Below are positions 9,944-20,323 of a DNA stretch of 64,000 nucleotides, piece after piece (the stretch's first letter is position 1; every line of letters begins with the position of its first letter). Location of the stretch: contig JBHLNS010000001.1 in the NCBI GenBank assembly GCA_048941285.1, forward strand, positions 1-64,000. Direction: 5' to 3'. The stretch comes from Promethearchaeota archaeon (GTDB taxonomy: Archaea; Asgardarchaeota; Lokiarchaeia; Sigyniarchaeales; SOKP01). Below the pieces are notes generated by a model. It saw only the letters and a list, made by a program, of their open reading frames with translations. It did not search any database and was not told the origin of the DNA. The translations under genes were made by a program, and so were the position numbers.

Positions 9944-11365
9944 CTAATCCTCCTTTATTAAATTATTTGGATCCATTAAAATAGTACATGTTACATGGGA
10001 ACCTACTCCAGCATGAGAAATTGCTAAACCTCTTTTCGCTCCCTTAACTTGTAGGCTAATCCAATCTTTTGGTTTTTCCCTACCAAAAGCTTTCCATTTT
10101 TCCTCAGGCTCATGGATTTCATCCCATCGATTCCAAATATGATATCCAATTTCAGCAATTTGCATTAAACCTGTCGCTCCTACAGCATGCATACACCCTA
10201 TCAAACCACCACAAGGATTACTAGGTAACTTTCCTGGCTTTTTAGTATGTGGGTTAATAACATACGCATCTCCGCTTTCTATATAATCCCTTCCTTCTCC
10301 ATAAGGCCTAATTCCAATGTCTTCATATGTTTGAATATCGCTGATTGTAAATGCATCATGAAGTTCAACTAAATCCAGATCATTTGTCGGATCAACGACA
10401 CCAGACATGTGATAAGCATAATAAGCAGACATTCTAGCTGCTAAGAAGCTTGTAAAGCCTGGATAACGGTCTCCACCTGGGAATCTTTTGCCTAAATCAT
10501 CATATTGATTTGATTTTTCATTAGGTAAGAGAGGTATTTTCATATCTCTTCTATCAGCTACCCGTAATGTATGGCTACCAGCTGCAATATATATCCTAAG
10601 TGGTTTATCTGTTATTTCATATGCTGTTTTTTCATCACATACTATTCCACAGGCAGCTCCAACACTCATCAAACAACAATCTAAAGCACGTAAGGGATAC
10701 GCAACTATAGGTGAGTTTATTACATCTTCAACAGTGATTTTCATAGGGCCTTGAGCGTGAGGATTCATTCTAGCATAACCTCGATTTTTTACTGCAACTT
10801 CGGCCATAGTATTTCGAAATGAATCTTCTTCCTTACCAAATATTTTCCAATATCTTTGAGCCATAACAGCATAATAACCTGTATATATATGTCCAAGGGG
10901 TGTTTCCCAATCTTTATCTGCTGCGCACGATATAAGATGGTTACCTTCATCAGTAGGAACTTCGTCCATTCTTTCCCATCCTAACGCTAAAGCACAATCA
11001 CTATAACCTGAAGCCACCGCTTTTACAGCTTCCCACATTGCAGAACCCCCGGTAGCACCACCTGTTTTTACTCCGATGTTGCCTAATGGATCTAACCCAA
11101 GTCTATCATGAATTACTGCTTCTCCAAGTAATTGATCTCCAAAATGGTCTGCAAAATGACCATAATAACACGTATGAATATATTGTTTTAATTCACTAGG
11201 AGTCATATTTACAAAATCCGCTGCCGCTGTAAGCGCATCAATACACAATTCTTCAGTTCGCGTTTCTGGAAAGGCCCTATCGAATTTTGACATTCCAACT
11301 GTAGCTAAATAGACAGGTCTCATCAGCTTCGGTATTTTTAATTGTTTATCGCTAAATTTAATCAT
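9944..11365 (-). CDS. Thiolase-superfamily protein (SCP2/Ltp2-like) lacking the N-terminal nucleophilic Cys
   Basis: VGMSKF, GWERM, VAVKNR..NPHAQ, ELHDAF, NPCGGL..HAVGATG; GGATG in place of CASG. Confidence 0.88.
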   Translation of the reverse strand: MIKFSDKQLKIPKLMRPVYLATVGMSKFDRAFPETRTEELCIDALTAAADFVNMTPSELKQYIHTCYYGHFADHFGDQLLGEAVIHDRLGLDPLGNIGVKTGGATGGSAMWEAVKAVASGYSDCALALGWERMDEVPTDEGNHLISCAADKDWETPLGHIYTGYYAVMAQRYWKIFGKEEDSFRNTMAEVAVKNRGYARMNPHAQGPMKITVEDVINSPIVAYPLRALDCCLMSVGAACGIVCDEKTAYEITDKPLRIYIAAGSHTLRVADRRDMKIPLLPNEKSNQYDDLGKRFPGGDRYPGFTSFLAARMSAYYAYHMSGVVDPTNDLDLVELHDAFTISDIQTYEDIGIRPYGEGRDYIESGDAYVINPHTKKPGKLPSNPCGGLIGCMHAVGATGLMQIAEIGYHIWNRWDEIHEPEEKWKAFGREKPKDWISLQVKGAKRGLAISHAGVGSHVTCTILMDPNNLIKED

Positions 11366-11558
11366 ATTAACTTCACTTTTTAGAATTTTTTATCTTTTTT
11401 ATTTTTGCAATTTAGTTTTCAAATTAAGTTGATATTTTATGTTTATGTTTTATTTTGATTAAAAACTTACTAATTAGGCTTTAAAAATGAGAATGGGAAA
11501 AAAATCCTCTTTTGGAGAGAAGAAAATTTAAAATCATAAGAAAATTGTCTTATTTATT

Positions 11559-12851
11559 ATGGATACAAGACTCCCGGAATTTCCAAAATTAGAAATAAGT
11601 AGAAATATTCCCGAATTGGATTTATTAAATAACCCAATACTCAATGTAAAAGAAAAGGAATTTTTAGCTGAGTTTTTTGAGTACATGGAAGAAAATCTTG
11701 AAAAAGATTTGAAAAATTTAGAAGAATTGAATTATGCAGCTGAAGAGCCAATTCAAGATAAAAAACGTGAAATTGTTGTTAATTTTATGAAAAAATTAGC
11801 AGAAAAGGGCTACTATAGTACGGTCATAGATTTCGAAGAACACGATGTTGGGAATGTTACTAGAAATGCACTTATCGCATTGGCTTTATGTGGAGGATTT
11901 TGGTCTCCTACCAGTGATAGGTATATAAATGGGAATTGGAGTATTGAAATGGGCAGATTAGCGGGAGGAACGCTTTACTGCAATCCGGTGAATTATAAAG
12001 CTAATAATTTTCAAAGAGATAAATACCTCATCCCCGTTGTGAGAAATGGTTTGATGGCCGCTTCTGCTATGACAGAATTTAATGCGGGTAGTGATATTGT
12101 TAGAATTGAGTTAAAACTTGATGATCAAGGTAATAAAGTGGTCGCGAATGGGAAAAAATTATTTATTACTAATGGGATGTTAGCAGAAGACATTATTCTT
12201 TATGGTAGATTAAATAGTGGAAGATTAGGTGGGATTATTGTTGATACAAACCATCAACAATTAAAAAATTTTGAATCTTCAAGGGTTAGAACTTATGGAA
12301 TGAATGATGCTTTTGTTAGCCGTTTAGTATTTAATGACGTTGAACTTCCTAAAGAAAATCTCCTTGAAGGTGATGGTTTAGATATTATGTTTCATCAACT
12401 AACTGAAGAGAGACTAGTCATCAGTGCTGAAGCAATAGGTGATTGCATTAAAAAGCTATTTTATTCCCATAGTTTCGCCCTTCAACGTGAACAATTTAAA
12501 CATAAATTACATCAATACCAAATAATTAGATTCCCAATTGCGGAGAATATACGTCAAACAAGTCTATTTATATCAGCGTTAATAAACTATGCACGAGAGA
12601 TTGATACAAGGACACAGATAGCTAGTTCAAAAATAATGGCTTCCCAAATTATGGGATTAAAAATTCAAACTTGTGAATTAGCCTTTCAAAGTTCTATTGA
12701 TTTATTTAGAACTATGGGAGGACGTGCTTTCACAGAGCAATATTGTAATCAAATGGGGCTTCTTGATGCATATTGCATGGTTCATGGTGGGGGAAGTCAT
12801 TATGTGTTAGGAGATGCTGAATCTAGAAGATTTTTCAAAACAAAAAATTAG
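11559..12851 (+). CDS. Acyl-CoA dehydrogenase family protein (divergent)
   Basis: AMTEFNAGSD, NGKKLFITNG, LTEERL, REQF, TMGGRAF. Confidence 0.85.
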   Translation: MDTRLPEFPKLEISRNIPELDLLNNPILNVKEKEFLAEFFEYMEENLEKDLKNLEELNYAAEEPIQDKKREIVVNFMKKLAEKGYYSTVIDFEEHDVGNVTRNALIALALCGGFWSPTSDRYINGNWSIEMGRLAGGTLYCNPVNYKANNFQRDKYLIPVVRNGLMAASAMTEFNAGSDIVRIELKLDDQGNKVVANGKKLFITNGMLAEDIILYGRLNSGRLGGIIVDTNHQQLKNFESSRVRTYGMNDAFVSRLVFNDVELPKENLLEGDGLDIMFHQLTEERLVISAEAIGDCIKKLFYSHSFALQREQFKHKLHQYQIIRFPIAENIRQTSLFISALINYAREIDTRTQIASSKIMASQIMGLKIQTCELAFQSSIDLFRTMGGRAFTEQYCNQMGLLDAYCMVHGGGSHYVLGDAESRRFFKTKN

Positions 12852-12913
12852 AGATCTGATATAAAATAAAATTTCAGATTTAAACTAATAAAATGAATAA
12901 CTAAATTTATTAT

Positions 12914-13423
12914 CTATTCTCTATCGATTTGTATCTCTATTTCGCAACAATCATCTCCAGCTGGTATTCTTTTTGTAAGATTGAATTTAAATGCTTTATT
13001 GGGGAATAATCCTTTCATTAATCCTCTATGTGCAGTAATATGAGCATCAGAGCACATTTGCCCCGCTTTTGCATAATCGGTAAACCTCGCTTTTTGTATC
13101 TCTTCCCACTGACCACAATAAGTGACTCTTGAAATTATTTTATTCCCAATTAACTCAAATTCTCCCTTTTCAATAGATAATTCTCTTAATACATCATTAG
13201 CTTTCACATAAGTTTCAAAATATGTTTCTGGGCTATAATCTTTAAGATGAAGCACTTTCTTTACATATCTTGCTGCTCTCATATAAAAATCTTCCCATAC
13301 TTCCATATCTATCTCATACGCTACATCAATACCATACTTCTTTTCCAAAATACGAAATCAAGCACCGTCTAGTCTTGAGACAACGTATTTTGTAAAATCT
13401 TTAAATTGTTTTTCAATTAACAT
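12914..13423 (-). pseudogene. DUF6125-like (V4R-related) protein interrupted by an in-frame TGA at codon 22
   Basis: ATG 13423 gives MLIEKQFKDFTKYVVSRLDGA*FRILEKKYGIDVAYEIDMEVWE...C...C..H...DDCC; TGA at 13360-13358 falls in the DGxWF motif. Confidence 0.65.
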
Positions 13424-13585
13424 GATTTGATACCGTTTTTAGATTTCTTTAGAATAAGGCATATTATAGTGTTTTTAAATTTTTAAAAGTCTAATCAAAA
13501 ATAATTCTTGGTGAAACACTTCAATTTTATAATAAATCTTATGAGAATACATTATTAAATAAAAAATCTTAATTAGTAATAGATA

Positions 13586-14557
13586 ATGGATTACTTTAAA
13601 TTTGAAAGCTTTGATATTACACCGTTAGTAGAAGAACATCAAGGGAAAAGACTAGAAGACTTGTACCAGAATCATCGTGTTGTTAAAAATTTTATGGGTG
13701 AATTTATTGAATTTTTTTGGGAACCAAAAGATATACCGAATGACTTAAACCTAAATATAACAAAGGAAAAATTACTTTGTAATCTTAAAACAGTTAATTA
13801 TGTTGGAGATTATAATGAACAAAAACTAAAACAGAGAGGAATACAGACTCTATTGGATTTAAAATTTAACCTGAATTTTAGTAATTCAGCTAATGAAATT
13901 TTAACATTAATACAAAATAGAGATTATAAAACCCTTACAAAAAACAGATATATTACCGATTTAGATCTGAGCTTTTGTTTTAATATTGAAGATCTATTAT
14001 TTTTAGACATCGAAACTTTAGGTATAATTGATAGTCCGGTTATCATGGTAGGAATCGGCTTTTTTAAAAATCGAAAATTTAAAATCCATATACTTTTTAC
14101 TAGACAACTTGAAGAAGAAATCGCAATTTATGAACATCTTAGAACTGAAATATTTCCGAATTTTAAATGTTTCATTACTTATAATGGGAAAACCTTTGAT
14201 ATACCTCACCTAGCAAATCGATTCTTATATTTTTTTGACGCAAATCCGATGATTTCAAATGATGATCCACCATATGAAAAATGCAACACAAAATTTCATC
14301 ATATTGATTTATATCATCATTGCCGTCGCTTATTCAAGGGGAAGTTCAATACATACACTTTAATGAATATAGAAGAAAATGTATTGAAACTCACAAGAGA
14401 AAATACACTACCAAGTAATCTGGTAGGCATTTGTTATCGAAAATATAATGAAAATTCTGCAAGGTATATTGGATTAATAAAGGAGATTATCGAGCACAAT
14501 TATTACGATATTTATTCGATGCCTTTAATTCTAAAAACTCTCTTAACTTATCTTTAA
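13586..14557 (+). CDS. RNase H-like 3'-5' exonuclease (YprB / RNase_H_2 family)
   Basis: FLDIETLG, TYNGKTFDIP, HIDLY, EHNYYD acidic motifs; N-terminal HhH-like segment. Confidence 0.85.
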   Translation: MDYFKFESFDITPLVEEHQGKRLEDLYQNHRVVKNFMGEFIEFFWEPKDIPNDLNLNITKEKLLCNLKTVNYVGDYNEQKLKQRGIQTLLDLKFNLNFSNSANEILTLIQNRDYKTLTKNRYITDLDLSFCFNIEDLLFLDIETLGIIDSPVIMVGIGFFKNRKFKIHILFTRQLEEEIAIYEHLRTEIFPNFKCFITYNGKTFDIPHLANRFLYFFDANPMISNDDPPYEKCNTKFHHIDLYHHCRRLFKGKFNTYTLMNIEENVLKLTRENTLPSNLVGICYRKYNENSARYIGLIKEIIEHNYYDIYSMPLILKTLLTYL

Positions 14558-14864
14558 AAAGAAAAGAACTAATTTTATTTTCAAATTAAGCTTTTTAAAA
14601 TCGTTCGATTGTTCTATAGATATCTTCTTCTTTGAAAAGGTTCTTGATATATTTTTTTGCTCCTTATGGCTTGCAAATATGCATTTTTGATTCAAAAATT
14701 AGCAGTATCTATGTATGAACTGAAATTTTTATTTTAAATCTTTACATTGCGAAAAATCTGTTTTATCCACACAAAAAACTGAATTTATTAAATTTAACTA
14801 AATTTAAAGTTTGAGGGATGTAGACTATTTCAAAAAATTAAATTAATCTTAAAAATTCTTTAAA

Positions 14865-16559
14865 ATGATAATTATGGAAGTTTTGGAAAAAAGATTATTT
14901 GATCAATTTTGGAATTTTAATAATAGAGATAAAATTATTGACAAATTCAAAGTATCAAATTATGATATTATAATTATCGGTGCGGGCATTACTGGTGCAG
15001 GTGTTGCGAGAGAAGCAGCAATGAGAAACTTAAAAGTTGCTTGTGTTGACATGCAGGATTTTGCTGCGGGAACTTCTTCACGAAGTTCCAAATTGGCTCA
15101 CGGAGGTTTAAGATATATTACCCATGGAGAAATGGATTTAGTAAGAGAGGCTTCTAGAGAAAGAAATTGGATGCGAATGCATATTCCTCATTTAGTAAGA
15201 CCAATACCCTTTTACCTGCCTTTAATAGAGGGAGAAAAATATAAAAAGCGAGATTTAACTGCAGCAGTTAAAATTTATGACTTTTTAAGTGACGATAAAT
15301 CCGAATTTAAAAATTATGAGAAACATAAATGGCACTCTTCTGAAGAGATCTTTGAATTAGAACCTGAATTTTTAAGAGAAGGGAATTTAGGAGGAGCTGT
15401 ATATTATGATAATAATATTGATGATGCTAGATTAACAATTGAAACATTAAAAGAAGCAGTAATAAGGGGAACTGATGTTCTAAACTATTGCAAAGTGATT
15501 GGTTATATTAAAAATAATAATAAAATTGTAGGTATTAAATGTGAAGATCTAGAAAAAAATAACAAATTTGAAATAAAAGGGACTTTAATTGTAAATGCTA
15601 CAGGTGTTTGGACAGATGAATTACTTGAAAGTTATCCTGAACATATTCCAAAACCTCTCATCCGACCCACTAAAGGAGTGCATTTGCAATACAAACGTAG
15701 TGATATCAAAAACAAAATGGCAAGTGCTCTTTACTCACCAATTGATGGCCGTGTTTATTTTGTTCTACCAAGAAATAAAGATTTCACTATTATCGGCACA
15801 ACAGATACTGATTTTGATGGAGATTTAGCTAATCCTTATTGTACTAAAGAAGATGCTGATTATTTAATTAAATCAACTCAAAAATTTTACCCAAATGCAA
15901 AATTAGGTTACGAAAATATACTCTCAACTTATGCAGGAATAAGGCCGCTAGTAATGCAGAAGGGTAAATCTGAAAGTGAGGTCTCCAGATCTCATATAAT
16001 TTTTTTCTCTGATGATGGATTATTGACAATAACTGGTGGTAAGTTAACCGAATGGCGGGCTATGGCTGAAGATTTATTCAATAAATTAGAGGAAAAAGAA
16101 ATTTTTCCAAGTATTCAAAGAGAAAAGCACTTCAGTAGACAACCATTCATAATTGGCTTTGGAAAAGAGGATTGGTTGGCAAAATTAAAAAACTCTAGTG
16201 TGAAATTGGATCCTGATATTGTTGATCATATATATCAGCAATACGGAAAAGGTGCTGTTAAAATTCTAGAAATGATAAAAGAAAATGAATCACTAAAAGA
16301 AAAAATAATTGAAGAGAATAATTTTATAAAAGCAGAAATTCTCTATTGCTTAAGATATGAACCAACTCCGCATCTGATTGATGTTTTTTGTAGACGAACG
16401 GAAATGTCTTTATGGATAAATTATAAAGAAGCTTTAAAGGCAGCTAGAAAGGTCGCTGAAATCATGGCAGATGAGTATTCGTGGAATGAAAATAAAAAAG
16501 CTCAAGAAATTGAGTTATATATGGATTACATAAAAAAATCAGTCTCATTTATTACTTAA
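14865..16559 (+). CDS. glpD: FAD-dependent glycerol-3-phosphate dehydrogenase (GlpD/GlpA family)
   Basis: IIGAGITG, DFAAGTSSRSSKLAHGGLRY, DDARL, KGVH, GTTD, AGIRPL, GGKLT, RRTE. Confidence 0.88.
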   Translation: MIIMEVLEKRLFDQFWNFNNRDKIIDKFKVSNYDIIIIGAGITGAGVAREAAMRNLKVACVDMQDFAAGTSSRSSKLAHGGLRYITHGEMDLVREASRERNWMRMHIPHLVRPIPFYLPLIEGEKYKKRDLTAAVKIYDFLSDDKSEFKNYEKHKWHSSEEIFELEPEFLREGNLGGAVYYDNNIDDARLTIETLKEAVIRGTDVLNYCKVIGYIKNNNKIVGIKCEDLEKNNKFEIKGTLIVNATGVWTDELLESYPEHIPKPLIRPTKGVHLQYKRSDIKNKMASALYSPIDGRVYFVLPRNKDFTIIGTTDTDFDGDLANPYCTKEDADYLIKSTQKFYPNAKLGYENILSTYAGIRPLVMQKGKSESEVSRSHIIFFSDDGLLTITGGKLTEWRAMAEDLFNKLEEKEIFPSIQREKHFSRQPFIIGFGKEDWLAKLKNSSVKLDPDIVDHIYQQYGKGAVKILEMIKENESLKEKIIEENNFIKAEILYCLRYEPTPHLIDVFCRRTEMSLWINYKEALKAARKVAEIMADEYSWNENKKAQEIELYMDYIKKSVSFIT

Positions 16560-16675
16560 TTCTTTCAAACTTTATTTTTTAATTATTGGACTCCATTAGA
16601 ATTTAATAACAAAATAAATATATAATAACAAAATAAATTCATCATAAACTTATTAAATTAAAGGAGTGAAATTTA

Positions 16676-17323
16676 GTGATTTTTCAAAATTTTTTGGGAC
16701 TCTTAGGACGAATGGCTGGCTTCTTTGTTTTGATCTTAGGGATTATGTGGTTGATCTTCGGAATATACGAAGCTAAAAGGAGAGGATCTGTGAAGAAAAG
16801 GAAAGTTGAGGATTGGGATATGAAAGTAACAAAAGCTCTCAAGGTTCTAACTTATTTGGGGATTATCCTTGGCGTTTTTTGTATAATAAGCGGTGTTGGG
16901 GGATTAACGGAAGATGTACCTCCAAGTATAAACTTTGTAAGTGGCAGAGTAAGCATTTTTACATCAGCATTGCTGATTATTTTTGGCATTCTTACGCTTT
17001 TAAAACCATTAAATGATCTTCCAATTGCAAGTGTAGTAGGGCTTTTAGCGGGAAGTGCTGTAATATTAGTCCTCGTAATGGTAATGCCTGCAGAAGCTTA
17101 CACAATCATAGGATTATTTATGAACCCCACAGTGTTCTTTGTCATATTATTTATAATTATTTTTGCCATTATAGCTTTAACTGCAAAATTCTATATTGGA
17201 GGGCTAATGAAAGTTTCCAAATTTATATCGTGGCCTCCTATAGCTTTTATCGTGACTGGATTCTGCTTTCTTCAAGGATTCTTAGTGTTAGTCTTTGGGG
17301 TTTCAATAGGTTATTTGTTTTAA
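16676..17323 (+). CDS. Multi-pass membrane protein, unknown function
   Basis: About six hydrophobic segments; AAGGAGTG SD-like motif before the GTG start. Confidence 0.7.
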   Translation: MIFQNFLGLLGRMAGFFVLILGIMWLIFGIYEAKRRGSVKKRKVEDWDMKVTKALKVLTYLGIILGVFCIISGVGGLTEDVPPSINFVSGRVSIFTSALLIIFGILTLLKPLNDLPIASVVGLLAGSAVILVLVMVMPAEAYTIIGLFMNPTVFFVILFIIIFAIIALTAKFYIGGLMKVSKFISWPPIAFIVTGFCFLQGFLVLVFGVSIGYLF

Positions 17324-17389
17324 ATCTCAATTTTTTTTATTATTCTTTTCTCCTCTAAAAGTTAATCTTTATTCACAAGTCTATCATAT

Positions 17390-18502
17390 TCAGAAGAAAT
17401 TAAATCTGTGTGAAGGATTTTTATTAATTTCACCAATAATCTCCTTATTTAATTCATAAGAGCAATTAGGACATTTTTTTTCATAGGTTATATCAATATT
17501 TTTAAAACTATACCCTCTTCGTTCCATTAATAAATGATTGCATTTAGGGCAATAAGTATTACTTCCTTGATCGTGAGCTATGTTTCCCACATATGGAAAG
17601 TATAATCCTGCTTTTTTGGCAATATTATATGCCATATTTAATGTTTCATATGACGTGCGTTTCATGGATGGCATTTTAAAATCAGGATGATACGCAGAAA
17701 AGTGGGTTGGCGTATTTTTTCCTAAATTTTCAACTATCCAATCACAAAGTATTTGTATATCTTCCCTACTATCATTTAAATCTGGTATTATTAAATTAGT
17801 TATTTCGACATGAATGCCATTAGATTTAAATCGTTTAGCTGTGTCTAAGACAGGTTGAACAGATTTAACACCGCATATTTTTTTATAAAAATCATCACTC
17901 ATAGCTTTAATATCAATATTTGCGGCATCGATTCCTACTTCAATTAGTTCTTTCGTCGCTTCTGAAGTAGAATACCCATTTGTGACTAAAATTGTTTTTA
18001 TATTATGCCTTTTCATGAAAGGCACTGTGTCCATAATCCATTCGTGCCATATTAATGGCTCATTATAAGTATAAGCAAGAGTTTCTGCTCTACTCTTCAC
18101 GACTTTCTTTTCCAACTGCTCTGGTGTCATTTCAACTAGTGCCATACTTCGACCTTCATAACCGCTAATGTCATAAAATCCATTTTTTCCATTATCGGTT
18201 GGATTTGCTTGTGAAATATTCCAATTCTGGCAATTTTGGCATTTAAAAGAACATCCTATTGATGCTATCGAGTATGCAGTGGCACCTGGCCAGAAATTAT
18301 AAAGAGGTTTCTTTTCGATAGGATCTAAACTACCTGAAGAGATCATTGAACCATAAATTAGGGTGTACAGTTCTCCATTAAAATTTTTTCTTGTTCTACA
18401 TATTCCCACTTTCTCTGGAAGGATTGTACATTCATTGGCACATACATGACATTTAACTTTTTTTTCATCAAGTTTATCAAATAATCTCGCTTTTAATTTC
18501 AT
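17390..18502 (-). CDS. amrS: AmmeMemoRadiSam system radical SAM enzyme (PFL-activase-like)
   Basis: N-terminal CHVC..C..GICRTR, DPIEKKPLYNF, CSFKCQNCQNW, YTYNEP, C-terminal CPKC/CPNC. Confidence 0.9.
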   Translation of the reverse strand: MKLKARLFDKLDEKKVKCHVCANECTILPEKVGICRTRKNFNGELYTLIYGSMISSGSLDPIEKKPLYNFWPGATAYSIASIGCSFKCQNCQNWNISQANPTDNGKNGFYDISGYEGRSMALVEMTPEQLEKKVVKSRAETLAYTYNEPLIWHEWIMDTVPFMKRHNIKTILVTNGYSTSEATKELIEVGIDAANIDIKAMSDDFYKKICGVKSVQPVLDTAKRFKSNGIHVEITNLIIPDLNDSREDIQILCDWIVENLGKNTPTHFSAYHPDFKMPSMKRTSYETLNMAYNIAKKAGLYFPYVGNIAHDQGSNTYCPKCNHLLMERRGYSFKNIDITYEKKCPNCSYELNKEIIGEINKNPSHRFNFF

Positions 18503-18621
18503 ACTACTACCTTTGTTAACTAATTAAATGCTTATTGTATCACTAGATATATAATAGATATGAAATTTTATATTTCTTATACCTTTAAATTGTAATTTTT
18601 ATAAAATAGGACTCAATCAAA

Positions 18622-19056
18622 ATGTCAGGAATCGAAAAAGTTATTTCTTCCTTTAGGGGAGAATTTAATTGCGCTCAATCGGTATTAAGTTCATATTCTA
18701 GTAAATATGGATTAGATAAAGATACTGCTCTGAAATTATCAACTGGATTTGGAGGGGGAATGGGGCGTATGCAAAACACATGTGGAGCTGTATCTGGGGC
18801 TTTTATGGTTATTGGATTAAGATATGGACGGGGTCTAAATGACGATAAGGAAGCGAGAGAAAAAACCTATGAGATAATAAGAGAATTTTCAAAGAGATTT
18901 CAAGAAATTCATGGCTCAATAATCTGTAAGGAGTTGTTAGATTGTGATATCAATACTCCTGAAGGAAGGGAATTCTATGATCGAAATGATTTTTTTGAAA
19001 AGAAATGTTTTCAGTATGTAAAAGATTCAGCAAAGATTTTAGAGCAAATATTATAA
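18622..19056 (+). CDS. C_GCAxxG_C_C family putative redox protein
   Basis: NCAQSV, GFGGGMG, TCGAVSG, ICKEL, KC. Confidence 0.9.
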   Translation: MSGIEKVISSFRGEFNCAQSVLSSYSSKYGLDKDTALKLSTGFGGGMGRMQNTCGAVSGAFMVIGLRYGRGLNDDKEAREKTYEIIREFSKRFQEIHGSIICKELLDCDINTPEGREFYDRNDFFEKKCFQYVKDSAKILEQIL

Positions 19057-19065
19057 AGGGCTTAT

Positions 19066-19983
19066 ATGACAAAGAATGAACTTGAGCATAAGAAAGAAGA
19101 TTTAGAGCAAATTTTAAATCAAAAGCTGAAAATTCTAAAAGAATTAGAAGAAATTGGTAAAAATTCAAATTATATTAAAGAACTAAGTGATATTGCTCTA
19201 ATCCAATTACAATTGGAAAAGTTTACAGATTCGGAAAAAAATTATCTAATTTGTTTAACCCATTTTAAAAAGCAAAAAGATAGATTAGGCCAAGCCGCTG
19301 TTCATGGTGTTTTAGGTACTTTATATTTTAAAGAAGCTGATTATGAACAGTCTATTGAATCTTATGAAAAGGCATATATTATTTATGAAGAATTAAAACA
19401 GGTTCAAGAACAAATTACTTGTTTAATAGGAATTGGAAATAATTATGTTAAATTGAACAAACTTGATGATGCATGTGATACTTTTTTAGATTGTAGCGCA
19501 ATTTGTTCAGATAATAATGACATTTATAACTTATTAGACTGTTTAGGAAATTTAATCTACATCCATGAAACTAATGAGAGATGGGATATAGTTTTTGAGC
19601 TTTACAAAAAAACCTTAAAGGCTTTTAAAGAAATTAAAGATCAGAAGGGAATAATTACATCATATTTTAATTTGGGAATCCTCCAAAAGAAAAATAACTT
19701 TTTTGAACAAGCTTTAAGATATTTTAAAAAAGGAACGAATGTAGCAATTGATAGTAACTATGGAGAATTAATAATTCGTGGACTTAGCTATGTTGCTGAA
19801 ACTTTATTTTACTTGGGAGAAAATAAAGAAGCTAAAAACCAATTTATAAAAGCTCTACATATTGCTAAAAAACTTAATGCTAAAAATGCAATTCTTCAAC
19901 TCCGGGTTTTATTACTATCATTAGGATTACAGGATGAACATATAAGTGAGGAACTTAAAGAACTTGATAATACCCAAAAATGA
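19066..19983 (+). CDS. Tetratricopeptide-repeat protein
   Basis: Repeated ~40-aa helical units (LGTLY, IGNNY, LGNLI, LGILQ). Confidence 0.8.
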   Translation: MTKNELEHKKEDLEQILNQKLKILKELEEIGKNSNYIKELSDIALIQLQLEKFTDSEKNYLICLTHFKKQKDRLGQAAVHGVLGTLYFKEADYEQSIESYEKAYIIYEELKQVQEQITCLIGIGNNYVKLNKLDDACDTFLDCSAICSDNNDIYNLLDCLGNLIYIHETNERWDIVFELYKKTLKAFKEIKDQKGIITSYFNLGILQKKNNFFEQALRYFKKGTNVAIDSNYGELIIRGLSYVAETLFYLGENKEAKNQFIKALHIAKKLNAKNAILQLRVLLLSLGLQDEHISEELKELDNTQK

Positions 19984-20035
19984 ATTTAAATAAATAAAGA
20001 AAAAATTAGTTTTAACAAAAATAACTCTGTTACTT

Positions 20036-20182
20036 TTATTCACGCGATTTGTATTCTTTATTTGTAGCTTTTCTTAAACTTGGTGCTCCACACTTTTCAC
20101 AAAAATCATTCATTGTGTGGGTGAATTCGTTGCATTCACCACAAATGTATGGAAAGGTCTTTTTAAATAACTTTGCGTCCAA
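20036..20182 (-). CDS. Small zinc-ribbon protein (48 aa), not in the ORF track
   Basis: TTG start: MDAKLFKKTFPYICGECNEFTHTMNDFCEKCGAPSLRKATNKEYKSRE; two CxxC motifs. Confidence 0.7.
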   Translation of the reverse strand: MDAKLFKKTFPYICGECNEFTHTMNDFCEKCGAPSLRKATNKEYKSRE

Positions 20183-20323
20183 AATGCTTCACATTTGCTT
20201 AATAGACTTACTTTAATAAGAAAAACAATCGATCATTTTTAATAGTTAAGATAATAAAAAATACGTGTCAGACTTTCTTGAAAGATATTGGATTTTATAA
20301 CAAAAAATTCGATTCTATAATTA

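Noticed and set aside
13358-13360. Selenocysteine or genome-wide TGA=Trp recoding
   Set aside because: The position corresponds to Trp rather than Cys, and TGA terminates several intact genes in this window while TGG is used for Trp
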